The notes under the pieces: model-generated | What the model saw: only the letters and a program-made list of their open reading frames with translations | What the model was told of the DNA's origin: nothing | The model's database searches: none | Part shown: piece after piece, positions 51,562 to 63,800 of the stretch | How positions within the stretch are numbered: position 1 is the first letter of the stretch | Layout: every line of letters begins with the position of its first letter | Position numbers and translations under genes: made by a program | From: Macrostomum hystrix | Lineage: Eukaryota > Animalia > Platyhelminthes | Assembly: GCA_950097015.1 (NCBI GenBank) | Contig: CATNEN010000005.1 | Span: 1,488,001 to 1,552,000, forward strand | DNA: 64,000 nt | Direction: 5' to 3'

Positions 51562-54089
51562 ATGCAGCATTTTCGTTCAGCTGTGTCTCTACTGTTGACG
51601 CTGACTTTGACAGTTCTAGTGACCAGATCGCACAGCGCTGCTCCAGTGTGTACTCGCCAAATGTCGCCGTGCTCCTGCGAAACTGACGATGGCGGCGTGA
51701 TTGATTTGTCGCCGTTATCGTCTCCAGCTGGTTATCCGTTTAGCGACAGCATCAGCTCTGGACAGGACAGCTACAAATTTAGTCCGTGCATTGGCCAGCT
51801 GTGCGGTAATAATTTTGACACATCAGTGTGCGAGTATTACGGAAGCAGTGTGAGTTTGATTGCTTTGTTATTCCATGGCTTGATTGGTTTTAATTTCTGT
51901 CGTATTGTTAGATTGGTAGTTTCACTGGGATTTATTTGCCAGTGGAGAGATGAGTCTGGGACAGGAGATAAGAGAGGGATGAGATAGGACAGTGAGAGAT
52001 TAGACAGGAGAGAGATAATACATGGAAGTATTGGAAGAGACGGGAGAGATTAGAAACGGAAGAGATGAGACAAAGGAGACATAAGACACAGAAGAGATGG
52101 GACACTGGAAAAATGAGATATGGGAGAGAAGAGACACAGGAGAGATGAGACTTGGGGTATGAGACACGGGAGAGAAGAGACACGGAAGAGAAGAGACACG
52201 GGAGAGATGAGACACGGGAGAGAAGAGACACGGGAGAGATGAGACACGGGAGAGAAGAGACACGGGAGAGATGAGACACGGGAGAGATGAGACACGGGAG
52301 AGATGAGACACGGGAGAGATGAGACACGGGAGAGAAGAGACACGGGAGAGAAGAGACACGGGAGAGATGAGACACGGGAGAGAAGAGACACGGGAGAGAT
52401 CAGACAGGGAGAGATGAGACACGGGAGAGATGAGGCACGGGAGAGATGAGACACGGCAGAGATTAGACACGGCAGAGATGAGAAATGGCAGAGATGAGAC
52501 ACGGCAGAGATGAGAAATGGCAGAGATGAGACACGGCAAAGATGAGAAATGGCAGAGATGAGACACGGCAGAGATGAGAAATGGCAGAGATGAGAAATGG
52601 CAGAGATGAGACACGGCAGAGATGAGACACGGCAAAGATGAGACAGGGAGAGATGAGACACGGCAGAGATGAGACAGGGAGAGATGAGACACGGCAGAGA
52701 TGAGACACGGTAGAGATGAGACACGGCAGAGATGAGACACGGCAGAGATGAGACACGGCAGAGATGAGACACGGCAGAGATGAGACAGGGAGAGATGAGA
52801 CACGGCAGAGATGAGACACGGGAGAGATGAGACACGGCAGAGATGAGACACGGCAGAGATGAGACACGGCAGAGATGAGAAACGGCAGAGATGAGAAATA
52901 GCAGAGATGAGACACGGCAGAGATGAGACACGGCAGAGATGAGACACGGCAGAGATGAGACACGGCAGAGATGAGACACGGCAGAGATGAGACACGGCAG
53001 AGATGAGACACGGCAGAGATGAGACACGGCAGAGATGAGACACGGCAGAGATGAGACACGGCAGAGATGAGACACGGCAGAGATGAGACAGGGAGAGATG
53101 AGACACGGCAGAGATGAGACAGGGAGAGATGAGACACGGGAGAGATGAGACACGGCAGAGATGAGACACGGCAGAGATGAGACACGGCAGAGATGAGAAA
53201 CGGCAGAGATGAGAAATGGCAGAGATGAGACACGGCAGAGATGAGACACGGCAGAGATGAGACACGGCAGAGATGAGACACGGCAGAGATGAGACACGGC
53301 AGAGATGAGACACGGCAGAGATGAGACACGGCAGAGATGAGACACGGCAGAGATGAGACACGGCAGAGATGAGACACGGCAGAGATGAGACAGGGAGAGA
53401 TGAGACACGGCAGAGATGAGACAGGGAGAGATGAGACCTGGGAGTGAAAAGCAAATGCATTCCAACACCCGCAATTGTTAGACTCTTCCCATCGGCACAG
53501 CAGCGAGTGCAAAGTTCTCAACTAATCCTGCACGCGGACTTGAGATTGTTTACACTGACAACCGGGCGGGCCTGTTGTACACGTCGCATGTGGTCTTAGT
53601 GTGCGACCCCGCTGCTGAAAGGTGAATTAAACAATAATGCGGGGGCATTCCTACAAGTGCATCGATTTAAATAAAAAATGCCAACACAATACGCATTTAT
53701 TCATCGCATTCCGCTAAAAAATAAATAGACCTGAGTTCTCAGCCGAGGGAGGAATCTATGACATCTATATGCACCTGAGGAGCAAGTACGCCTGTTCCAA
53801 CGGCGGCGGTGGCGGCGGTGGCGGCGGCGGTGGCGGCGACGGCATCAGTCTGGGCGACATTCTCTGCATCATATTCCTTAGCAGCCTAGTCCTGTACCTG
53901 TGTCTTGGCCTGATGGCTAATAAATTCTTACGCGGCAAGGCGGGCTCGGAGCTTTTACCGAATCGCGACTTCTGGATGTCTGTACCTGGCTACGTGAAAG
54001 ATGGTTTTCTATTCAGTCTGGCAAAACTTGGTTGCTATAAGGGTGGGATAAGTGGGGGCAGCTCCACGGGTGGTTACGAAGCAATGTAG
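51562..54089 (+). CDS. Cation-dependent mannose-6-phosphate receptor / ATG27-like type I membrane protein (MRH-type luminal domain), 262 aa
   Basis: Exons 51562-51849 (AGT|GTGAGT), 53482-53621 (ttag|...AG|GTGAAT), 53729-54089 join in frame. Product has a signal peptide, a Cys-rich luminal domain (IDLSPL, YKFSPC, VLVCDP, HLRSKYAC), a poly-Gly linker, one TM helix, a tail ELLPNRDFW..VPGYVKDG typical of the CD-MPR/ATG27 group, and a terminal YxxPhi motif (YEAM). Confidence 0.8.
52030..53437. repeat. 16-bp family, M6PR-like intron 1 (GGGAGAGATGAGACAC grading into GGCAGAGATGAGACAC)
   Basis: Read directly; the variant switch is near 52450. Confidence 0.96.
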
Positions 54090-54140
54090 CTTGCTTCCTC
54101 AAATTTTCACTCTAACAGTATCTAACAGGGGTTACTGGTT

Positions 54141-54411
54141 CTGTCTAACAGGTAGCGTTTCTGTCTAACAGGTAGCGTTTCTGTCTAACAGGTAACGTTT
54201 CTGTCTAACAGGTAACGTTTCTGTCTAACAGGTAACGTTTCTGTCTAACAGGTAACGTTTCTGTCTAACAGGTAACGTTTCTGTCTAACAGGTAACGTTT
54301 CTGTCTAACAGGTAACGTTTCTGTCTAACAGGTAACGTTTCTGTCTAACAGGTAACGTTTCTGTCTAACAGGTAACGTTTCTGTCTAACAGGTAACGTTT
54401 CTGTCTCGCAG
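54141..54411 (+). repeat. 20-bp repeat CTGTCTAACAGGTAACGTTT x13 in the 3' UTR region of the M6PR-like gene
   Basis: 2 copies with GTAGCG, 11 with GTAACG, then a terminal CTGTCTCGCAG. Confidence 0.97.
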
Positions 54412-55804
54412 AAACATGTTATCTCTAAATGCAAAGGAAAAAGTCTAAAAAAGAGAATGTGGCCAATAGCGCGTGTTTCATAAGTGGGAGCCCCATCACT
54501 CAGGTCACCCTTAACATTTTACTTATTTTCCTGTCAATTGAATTTGAATCAGTGAATTGAATGCTTTCATAACCTGAGAAATATACGTAAAGTTAACTGA
54601 TTAAGATTCACTATATAATTGATTGTTTTGTTTTTATACTAACTGTTGGTCTAAATGGTAGATTAATTTTTTTGAAATATTTTGAACAGATGCGAATTAG
54701 TTTGCGCAGCCGTTGCTATGGTGTCTAATAATAAAATTCATTCCGAGGTCGTGCTACTCTGAGTGCACGTGACTTTTGACGTGATTTCATCGTGACTTCA
54801 TAGAAAGACATCACCCCTCGATGTACTGAGCAGCAGCAGGTCGGGTGACCATCGAGTCACCCGAGTTCTCACTGACCTGCTCACTGACCAGATGCTGGCC
54901 TTCATTGGAAGAGACGCCCTGCCGCCCTGAAGGTGTTCGTGACGTCACTCAGCGACTGCTGGGTCAGCATCCAAAGTCCGGTAGACAACTCCACTGGACT
55001 TCCATATCTCCGACACGAGATATTTCTATAACGACTATCTGAAAAAAAATTAAAATGATTTAAGCGCTGTCAGAAATGACACCAGGCAGAACTGGGCTGA
55101 CTTTTCGAGCTCGATCCTTAATGCCAACAGGTTCAGCGTAGCAGCATACTCATGCTAATGCTCATGTATTGATGTCAGTTGCCATATCGAGATAGCTGGT
55201 CCAGGATGTCGAAGTCCATTTGCATTTTGTCTATTAGAAATTCTATTTCTGTAATAAATCTATTTAGAAGATGCTTTAAGCTCACATCTTTTGACTTATT
55301 ACAAAAATTATTTACATTAATTTCCTATAAAATGCAGACACAAGTCCTATGAATGTTGAGTAGTTTTGAATATTTGTATAGTGGACTAGCCATTTTGCCC
55401 CCTCTCCCAATGAGTACGCTTAAACATTGCAATCTAAATATTTTAGTTTTTTTAATTTAGCGATCATCCATAACTTGAAAAAGCAGCGATTCGATTGTAA
55501 TGTTAATTGAAATAAAATCTTGAATTAATAATTAACATTAATAACAGCTTCTTTTGAGCTCAAATAGTATATTAAACAGTCTTTTCACGTCTTTAAATAC
55601 TCAGATGGAAATCTATATTTTATTAATAAAAACTCAATATAAGCTAATAATACTTAGGAGCTAACTGCAGCTGCACTACAAAATGTCTTCTACGTAACAC
55701 GGTTCATCCTTAAATTAAAAGGGTAAAACAATTAGCAAAAGTTATGTTTCTTTTCTGCAAATAAACAAGCCTCCACACAAAGCTACTGAAGCCGGCACAG
55801 AGTT

Positions 55805-56992
55805 TTAGCCGGTGATACGTGTCTGCGGAGCAGTCTGACGGTAGTTTCTGACGGTAGGTGTACTTGAGAATTTCATGGATTCAGGGTATGTGGCGAAGCG
55901 CATTAGCTGAGGAAAGAAGGACTCCATCTCCTTTACAGCTCGCACTATTGAGTGCCAGCTGGCTCCTCTCACAACTAACACTCGGCGAGGCAGCGACTTG
56001 TATAACTCTAAATGGCCAATCCGCACGCTAACCTGCGAGCCAATGGGTGAGCGAGTTACTCTGAGGATCAGCGGAGTGACTCCGAGTTAGCAAGTCATTC
56101 TAAGAGTGAGCAAGTGACTCTAAGAGCGAGCGAGTGACACTGAGAGCGGGTGAGTGACACTGAGAATGAGCGATTGACTCTGAGAGTGATCGAGTGACTC
56201 TGAGAGTGATCGAGTGACTCTGACTGTGATCGAGTGACTCTGAGAGTGATCGAGTGACTCTGAGAGTGATCGAGTGACTCTGAGAGTGATCGAGTGACTC
56301 TGACGGTGATCGAGTGACTCTGAGAGTGAGCGAGTGACACTGACTGTGATCGAGTGCCTCTGAGAGTGAGCGAGTCACACTGAAAATGAGCGAGTGACTC
56401 TGTGAGTTAGCGAGTGACTATGAGTGACTTTTGCGAGTGAGCGGAGTGACTTTAAGAGTGAGCGGAGTGAATCTGAGAGGGTGTGCGGAGTGGTTTAAGA
56501 GTAGGCGAAATACAGTAAGAGTGACTGTGATTGCAAGTGAATTTGACATGCAGACACATAATACAGGTAAATAGCAGAAGTGAATAGTCAGCAGCATACC
56601 TGGCACCTGTTCATGATAGCTATCAATCTTCGATCAGTTGGAAATGCCTCAACCTGCGCCTTAATAATCGGTTCAAGCAGCCTATCACAGTCTCCACTAG
56701 GCGTGTAAACATAGAACCAATAGTGCACTGGTAAGTTAAGCACCGGTGTTAGCTTTGCTGGCACAAAGTCTGGATGTGAAAGCGGTTGCGAGGGCTTGTC
56801 TGACTTGTCCTTATTTTCTTCCACAAGTTCTAAGTGTGCGCGCGCATTTTGGACGACTGAGACCGGCAAGTCATCAGTTTGTTCGCTGCCTTCCGCCGAC
56901 TTGTTATCATTTCGCGTCTGATTCGGAGTGCTCTTCACAATGCTACTTTTGCGCCATCTGTACCACCAACCTTTTACCTTACATGGAGCCAT
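55805..56992 (-). CDS. Uncharacterised two-exon protein, 206 aa
   Basis: Exon 1 56600-56992 (ATG...CAG|GTATGC) and exon 2 55805-56032 (ctcgcag|GTT...TAA) join in phase 0 with no stop. Both have coding-like composition against an AT-rich background, and the intron carries a tandem array like neighbouring real genes. I recognise no homologue. Confidence 0.6.
56050..56520. repeat. 20-bp repeat GAGTGATCGAGTGACTCTGA, intron of the 206-aa gene
   Basis: Homogeneous centre, degenerate edges. Confidence 0.92.
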
Positions 56993-59714
56993 ATATATAG
57001 CAACCTAACAGAAGTATTTTAGCTAAGATTGATAATACTGCCAGTGTGCACAGATGATGTGTATACAATCCGTGTAATTGCTGATTCCATTTGATCTTTA
57101 TGTCTATGGTCTGATGAATTTCTCAGGGTGGTAACCTACTAGCTAACTTTAGACCAAAAAAATATAATTTCTATAATTTTTATAATTTCTAAGGATCCTA
57201 TTTTTTTATCTCTTCGCATTTTTACGCTACATCCGTCAAGAAACGTATAAAGCTTCAATTAGTTATGCTGAAAATCTAACTGTGTCTCATCTCTCTCGAG
57301 TCTTATCTCTATCGAGAGTGTCATCTCTCTATCCCTGTCTGATCTCTCTCTTCCTCATCTCTCCACTGTCGTATGTCCCCCACTGTATTATATCTCTTCC
57401 CATCTAATTTCGCTGCTGTCTCATAATGTACGATCTATAATCTTGCCCGATCTCAAGTCTCCCCAGTTTTATCCCTCCGATTTCCCCTGCCTATCACTTG
57501 CCACAATTAATTAGGGCCCATTTTTCGGCCCTATATATGTGCTATGTCTACAAGCTAGCTAGGTTGTCGACAAGCTAGGTTCTTTCACAGTGACTGTCAC
57601 ACAAATTTATTTATCGGGGTAACCTGTGCAGCGTGAGTTAGGTCGTCAAGTCGCTGAAACCGAATTTTAGGACGAACCCCTTTAATACTGTTCGTGTTAG
57701 TATCAATAAGTCGAATTAAGTCAGGATAGATTTTGCAATACTGTTTTTGTCGAAAAATATAAACAAATTCGGGAGAATATAATTTTTGACCTGATTCCTT
57801 CTTTTTGCACGTTGCTCTTATATTCTGTTTCATTTACTGCGAAAGATTTAAATTCAAATTTCAGCGCATGCGTATTGACGGTCCATGCTGCTTTATGATT
57901 TATGGCAGCAGCATTATGATTTCAGATATAACCTGCGCACGCACATTCTCTATCTAAATCTCCCAACTTGTACCAGTGTCAGTCAGTGTACTAATATGAA
58001 TTAGTCACTTAGTTTAATGGTTTTTCGCCGAATTAGACTGACACCATTCATGCTAGTGTCTCTTAGTGACGTGTCGCCTGTCTCATCTTTATTTTGTTAG
58101 AATTTTATTTTTTTAAGGTTTCATTTTTTTGATAAACATTTCGAAATGCATGTCGCAGGTCTTCTCTCTTTTTATGTGACTTTTTGATTTGTATCTTACT
58201 AATGCCACTAAAATTTTCATAGGTCTAACCCTCTCTACTGTGAGGTTCTGATAGCTCACTAAAATTGTTTCAACACCTTTTCTCTCCAGTTCCGCTGCTT
58301 TCACTAAATTTTGATTTGCCTGTTTAGATTAATATCAGTTAATTCACTGTGATAATAATCCCAGTGTTTTCTACTTTTATTCACTCAGCTTCTAATCTAA
58401 GTTTGTTTTCTTCTAGGCCTAATAAGTGTGTTTATCACATAATTTTATAGTTTGTTTCTTTTGCAGTAGCAGTTATTTCTTTAACCCTTTTGTGGGTTAT
58501 GTGATTTGTAGAAATTTTTAAATTAAAAACCTTGTGTGTTGTATGTATTTTGTATTTATATTATTGTAGCAAGTTTTAGTTGTAAAAAATGTTTACATTT
58601 TAAACAAATAGGTTTTACTGTCAGAACTTCAGTTATAGTTAGCCTACTATAGTAGTTATGATAGTTACTATAGTTACTATAGTAACTATTTTGAAATTTA
58701 TTATGCATGGTAAAACAATAAACAGGCCTAATAAAACTATCAATGTACAAATTGAAAATAAGCTTACAACAACTTGACATCCAAAAATATTTCTAATGAA
58801 ATAATTACAAACAGTGAGTGAAAAAATGAGCAAGTTATATAGCATATTAGTTTTCTTTAAGGTAAAATATCAATAAAAAGTACAGTATTCTAAACATATG
58901 TGTGAGATACACAATTGTAAACAGCAGTTTGATATACTTGTCAAGGAAGCCTCTTTGTTAGCTGCACTCAGCAACCAAGCAGACATAAAATTTGCCTCTG
59001 GCTTGGCCAACAGATTTTTTTATGAAAAAGTTCTACATAATTATTGTAATACACTCATACTTGATTAGAAAGTGATTGCAAAATTAAGTTAGTCACTAGA
59101 TATCTATTGACTGGCTATTGTGATTCACGATAAACAAACAAAAATAGAATGAAGATCAATAATTATTCATGAATAATGCTTTCTAAAATTGGTTAAAACA
59201 AAAAGTTTTGCAAGATATATTAAAATAACAGAATTTTGTCTGCTTTCAATACAAGGTAATCCTTTTGTGAAAAGTGTGAAAAGTTCCCAAAATCTGCAAA
59301 ATCTCAAAATCTCAAAAGTTTAAAATCTGCCTTTAATAATTTTTTAAGAAACACTGTCTGTAAAACATTGGTACTGCCTCATTCACTATAGCATTAAAAT
59401 ATCTATTTAGAAGAAGAAGGGTAAAAATGTGGGACCTATTAAAAAGGTGACAAAAGCATGTACCTGTACTTGACTATAAATATTTCAAATTCAAAAATAA
59501 ACAACAGAAATAAACCAAGTTTATTTAGATGAACAGCATAAAATGCTGCCCACTAGCTTTGGCTATCACAGTTTCTTGAATTTGCATCTGTCAATATACA
59601 AAAAATGGGAATTTAGAAATGCTGTTAAAATAATATTCTATATTGTCTTAACAAATCTAAAGTTTTCAGAAATAATTCCTCCACAATTTCCAGTTTGCAT
59701 TCGAGCTTAGCACA

Positions 59715-60780
59715 ATGTCCTTAATGACACTGGCATCCCAGCAATCTCCAATAGAATATGTGCCAGCAGCCGCATGGTCCATTAGCAGGCTAGTGATGCA
59801 TCAGCTAAATGATTGTCAGAAGCGTCAGCTGATTCATCGCGAGCAAGAGCATCATGATCTGTTAGATATGCTGATTCGATTTGGTCGGGATGGCCAATGC
59901 AACTCCCTGGTGGTGTCCGGGCCGCCTGGCAGTGGAAAGTCCGCTCTAGTGGATTCAGCACTTGCTGCTGCCAGTGAGCAGAGAGACTTTCGCGACTGCG
60001 TCATTGTTGTTCGATTGAATGGATTGGAACATGCCGACGATCGGACTACTTTGCAGGTATTTCTGTTAGTCTGAGTTCCTCAAATTTCCTCAGTAGTCTT
60101 TGTTGCTCATTTTCAAATGTCTTTGTTTCAATCCTCAATAGCCTTATTCATCCTTTACAATATTCTGTTCCTTTTCCCAACAGTATCAGTTCTATATATT
60201 TTTGTCATCATTCTCATCAGTCTTTGTCATGATTCTCAATAGTCATTTTTATTATCATCAGCAGTCTTTGTCATCATTCTTAACAGTCTTTGTCATAATT
60301 CTCGAAAGTCGTTGTCATCATTCTCAATAGTCTTTGTCATCATTCTCAGCACTCTTTTTCATCATTCTCAATAGTCTTTGTCATCGTTCGCAATAGTCTT
60401 TTTCATCATTCTCAATAGTTTTGGTCATTATTCTTAATTGTCTTTGTCATCATTCCGCCACCGTAGGCGATTGCTCGCACGCTGCGCGTTGAAAGTGACA
60501 TTGAAGGTCGAGTATTCTCCGGCACTAATGAGCAGCTGCATTTCATTGTTAGCCTACTGCAGTCTGGTAGCTCTGATACACAACGCGTGCTATTTGTACT
60601 GGAAGAATTAGACTTGTTCGCTCAGCGCAAAGGCCAGTCTCTGCTCTACACTATCTTAGATGTGGCCCAGTCCCGTGTTGTGCCCGTCTGCCTACTGGGC
60701 GTCACTTCGCGCGTTAACGTTGGCGAAATGCTCGAGAAGAGAGTTAAATCTAGATTTAGTCATCGGTTAATTCGACTGAA
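59715..60780 (+). CDS. ORC4: Origin recognition complex subunit 4 (AAA+), partial; continues past the right edge
   Basis: Exon 59715-60056 (NSLVVSGPPGSGKS Walker A; RLNGL; CAG|GTATTT) and exon 60467-60780 (ccgtag|; LFVLEELDLF, QSLLYTILD, EMLEKRVKSRFSHR; AA|GTAAGT). LEKRVKSRFSHR is ORC4-diagnostic. Confidence 0.94.
60200..60452. repeat. About 23-bp degenerate repeat CAGTCTTTGTCATCATTCTCAA, ORC4 intron 1
   Basis: About 10 diverged copies running up to the 3' splice site. Confidence 0.85.
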
Positions 60781-60899
60781 GTAAGTGTTTTAAGCCGTGT
60801 TGTTAGCCTACTTAAAATTCTTACTCTGACTACTCGAACTTTTCCAGTCTACTCAGAATATTCCCTGACTATTCAAAATCCTCAATATCTATTCAATTT

Positions 60900-63800
60900 C
60901 CATAATGAACCTCCATATCTACTCAAAATCCTCCATATCTACTCAAAATCTAACCTGTATACTCAAAATCCTTCATGACTACTCGAAGCCTCTATATCTA
61001 CTCAAAATCCTCCCTGTCTTCTCGAAGCCTCCATATCTAATCAAAATCCTCCCTGTCTTCTCGAAGCCTCCATATCTAATCAAAATCCTCCCTGTCTTCT
61101 CGAAGCCTCTATATCTACTCAAAATCCTCCCTGTCTTCTCGAAGCCTCCATATCTAATCAAAATCCTCCCTGTCTTCTCGAAGCCTCTATATCTACTCAA
61201 AATCCTCCCTGTCTTCTCGAAGCCTCCATATCTAATCAAAATCCTCCCTGTCTTCTCGAAGCCTCTATATCTATTCAAAATCCTCCCTGTCTTCTCGAAG
61301 CCTCCATATCTACTCAAAATCCTCCCTGTCTTCTCGAAGCCTCCATATCTAATCAAAATCCTCCCTGTCTTCTCGAAGCCTCCATATCTAATCAAAATCC
61401 TCCCTGTCTTCTCGAAGCCTCTATATCTACTCAAAATCCTCCCTGTCTTCTCGAAGCCTCCATATCTAATCAAAATCCTCCCTGTCTTCTCGAAGCCTCT
61501 ATATCTACTCAAAATCCTCCCTGTCTTCTCGAAGCCTCCATATCTAATCAAAATCCTCCCTGTCTTCTCGAAGCCTCCATATCTAATCAAAATCCTCCCT
61601 GTCTTCTCGAAGCCTCTATATCTACTCAAAATCCTCCCTGTCTTCTCGAAGCCTCCATATCTAATCAAAATCCTCCCTGTCTTCTCGAAGCCTCTATATC
61701 TACTCAAAATCCTCCCTGTCTTCTCGAAGCCTCCATATCTAATCAAAATCCTCCCTGTCTTCTCGAAGCCTCCATATCTAATCAAAATCCTCCCTGTCTT
61801 CTCGAAGCCTCTATATCTACTCAAAATCCTCCCTGTCTTCTCGAAGCCTCCATATCTAATCAAAATCCTCCCTGTCTTCTCGAAGCCTCTATATCTATTC
61901 AAAATCCTCCCTGTCTTCTCGAAGCCTCCATATCTACTCAAAATCCTCCCTGTCTTCTCGAAGCCTCTATATCTACTCAAAATCCTCCCTGTCTTCTCGA
62001 AGCCTCTATATCTACTCAAAATCCTCCCTGTCTTCTCGAAGCCTCCATATCTAATCAAAATCCTCCCTGTCTTCTCGAAGCCTCTATATCTACTCAAAAT
62101 CCTCCCTGTCTTCTCGAAGCCTCCATATCTAATCAAAATCCTCCCTGTCTTCTCGAAGCCTCTATATCTACTCAAAATCCTCCCTGTCTTCTCTAAGCCT
62201 CTATATCTACTCAAAATCCTCCCTGTCTTCTCGAAGCCTCTATATCTACTCAAAATCCTCCCTGTCTTCTCGAAGCCTCTATATCTACTCAAAATCCTCC
62301 CTGTCTTCTCGAAGCCTCCATATCTAATCAAAATCCTCCCTGTCTTCTCGAAGCCTCCATATCTAATCAAAATCCTCCCTGTCTTCTCGAAGCCTCTATA
62401 TCTAATCAAAATCCTCCCTGTCTTCTCGAAGCCTCTATATCTACTCAAAATCCTCCCTGTCTTCTCGAAGCCTCTATATCTACTCAAAATCCTCCCTGTC
62501 TTCTCGAAGCCTCCATATCTAATCAAAATCCTCCCTGTCTTCTCGAAGCCTCCATATCTACTCAAAATCCTCCCTGTCTTCTCGAAGCCTCTATATCTAA
62601 TCAAAATCCTCCCTGTCTTCTCGAAGCCTCCATATCTAATCAAAATCCTCCCTGTCTTCTCGAAGCCTCTATATCTAATCAAAATCCTCCCTGTCTTCTC
62701 GAAGCCTCTATATCTATTCAAAATCCTCCCTGTCTTCTCGAAGCCTCTATATCTACTCAAAATCCTCCCTGTCTTCTCGAAGCCTCCATATCTAATCAAA
62801 ATCCTCCCTGTCTTCTCGAAGCCTCTATATCTACTCAAAATCCTCCCTGTCTTCTCGAAGCCTCCATATCTAATCAAAATCCTCCCTGTCTTCTCGAAGC
62901 CTCTATATCTATTCAAAATCCTCCCTGTCTTCTCGAAGCCTCCATATCTACTCAAAATCCTCCCTGTCTTCTCGAAGCCTCTATATCTACTCAAAATCCT
63001 CCCTGTCTTCTCGAAGCCTCTATATCTACTCAAAATCCTCCCTGTCTTCTCGAAGCCTCCATATCTAATCAAAATCCTCCCTGTCTTCTCGAAGCCTCCA
63101 TATCTAATCAAAATCCTCCCTGTCTTCTCGAAGCCTCTATATCTACTCAAAATCCTCCCTGTCTTCTCGAAGCCTCCATATCTAATCAAAATCCTCCCTG
63201 TCTTCTCGAAGCCTCTATATCTACTCAAAATCCTCCCTGTCTTCTCGAAGCCTCCATATCTAATCAAAATCCTCCCTGTCTTCTCGAAGCCTCCATATCT
63301 AATCAAAATCCTCCCTGTCTTCTCGAAGCCTCTATATCTACTCAAAATCCTCCCTGTCTTCTCGAAGCCTCCATATCTAATCAAAATCCTCCCTGTCTTC
63401 TCGAAGCCTCTATATCTATTCAAAATCCTCCCTGTCTTCTCGAAGCCTCCATATCTACTCAAAATCCTCCCTGTCTTCTCGAAGCCTCTATATCTACTCA
63501 AAATCCTCCCTGTCTTCTCGAAGCCTCTATATCTACTCAAAATCCTCCCTGTCTTCTCGAAGCCTCCATATCTAATCAAAATCCTCCCTGTCTTCTCGAA
63601 GCCTCCATATCTAATCAAAATCCTCCCTGTCTTCTCGAAGCCTCTATATCTATTCAAAATCCTCCCTGTCTTCTCGAAGCCTCCATATCTACTCAAAATC
63701 CTCCCTGTCTTCTCGAAGCCTCTATATCTACTCAAAATCCTCCCTGTCTTCTCGAAGCCTCTATATCTACTCAAAATCCTCCCTGTCTTCTCGAAGCCTC

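Noticed and set aside
48665-53521. Many overlapping [13 protein letters not shown] ORFs (also at 2876-3557)
   Set aside because: All frames of the 16-bp minisatellite are open, and most lie within introns of identified genes.
54841-55045. 9-bp hairpin (TCGGGTGAC/GTCACCCGA) and a strong - strand acceptor near 55040 followed by a roughly 45-codon frame
   Set aside because: No upstream exon could be linked in phase and there is no recognisable product; too weak to call.
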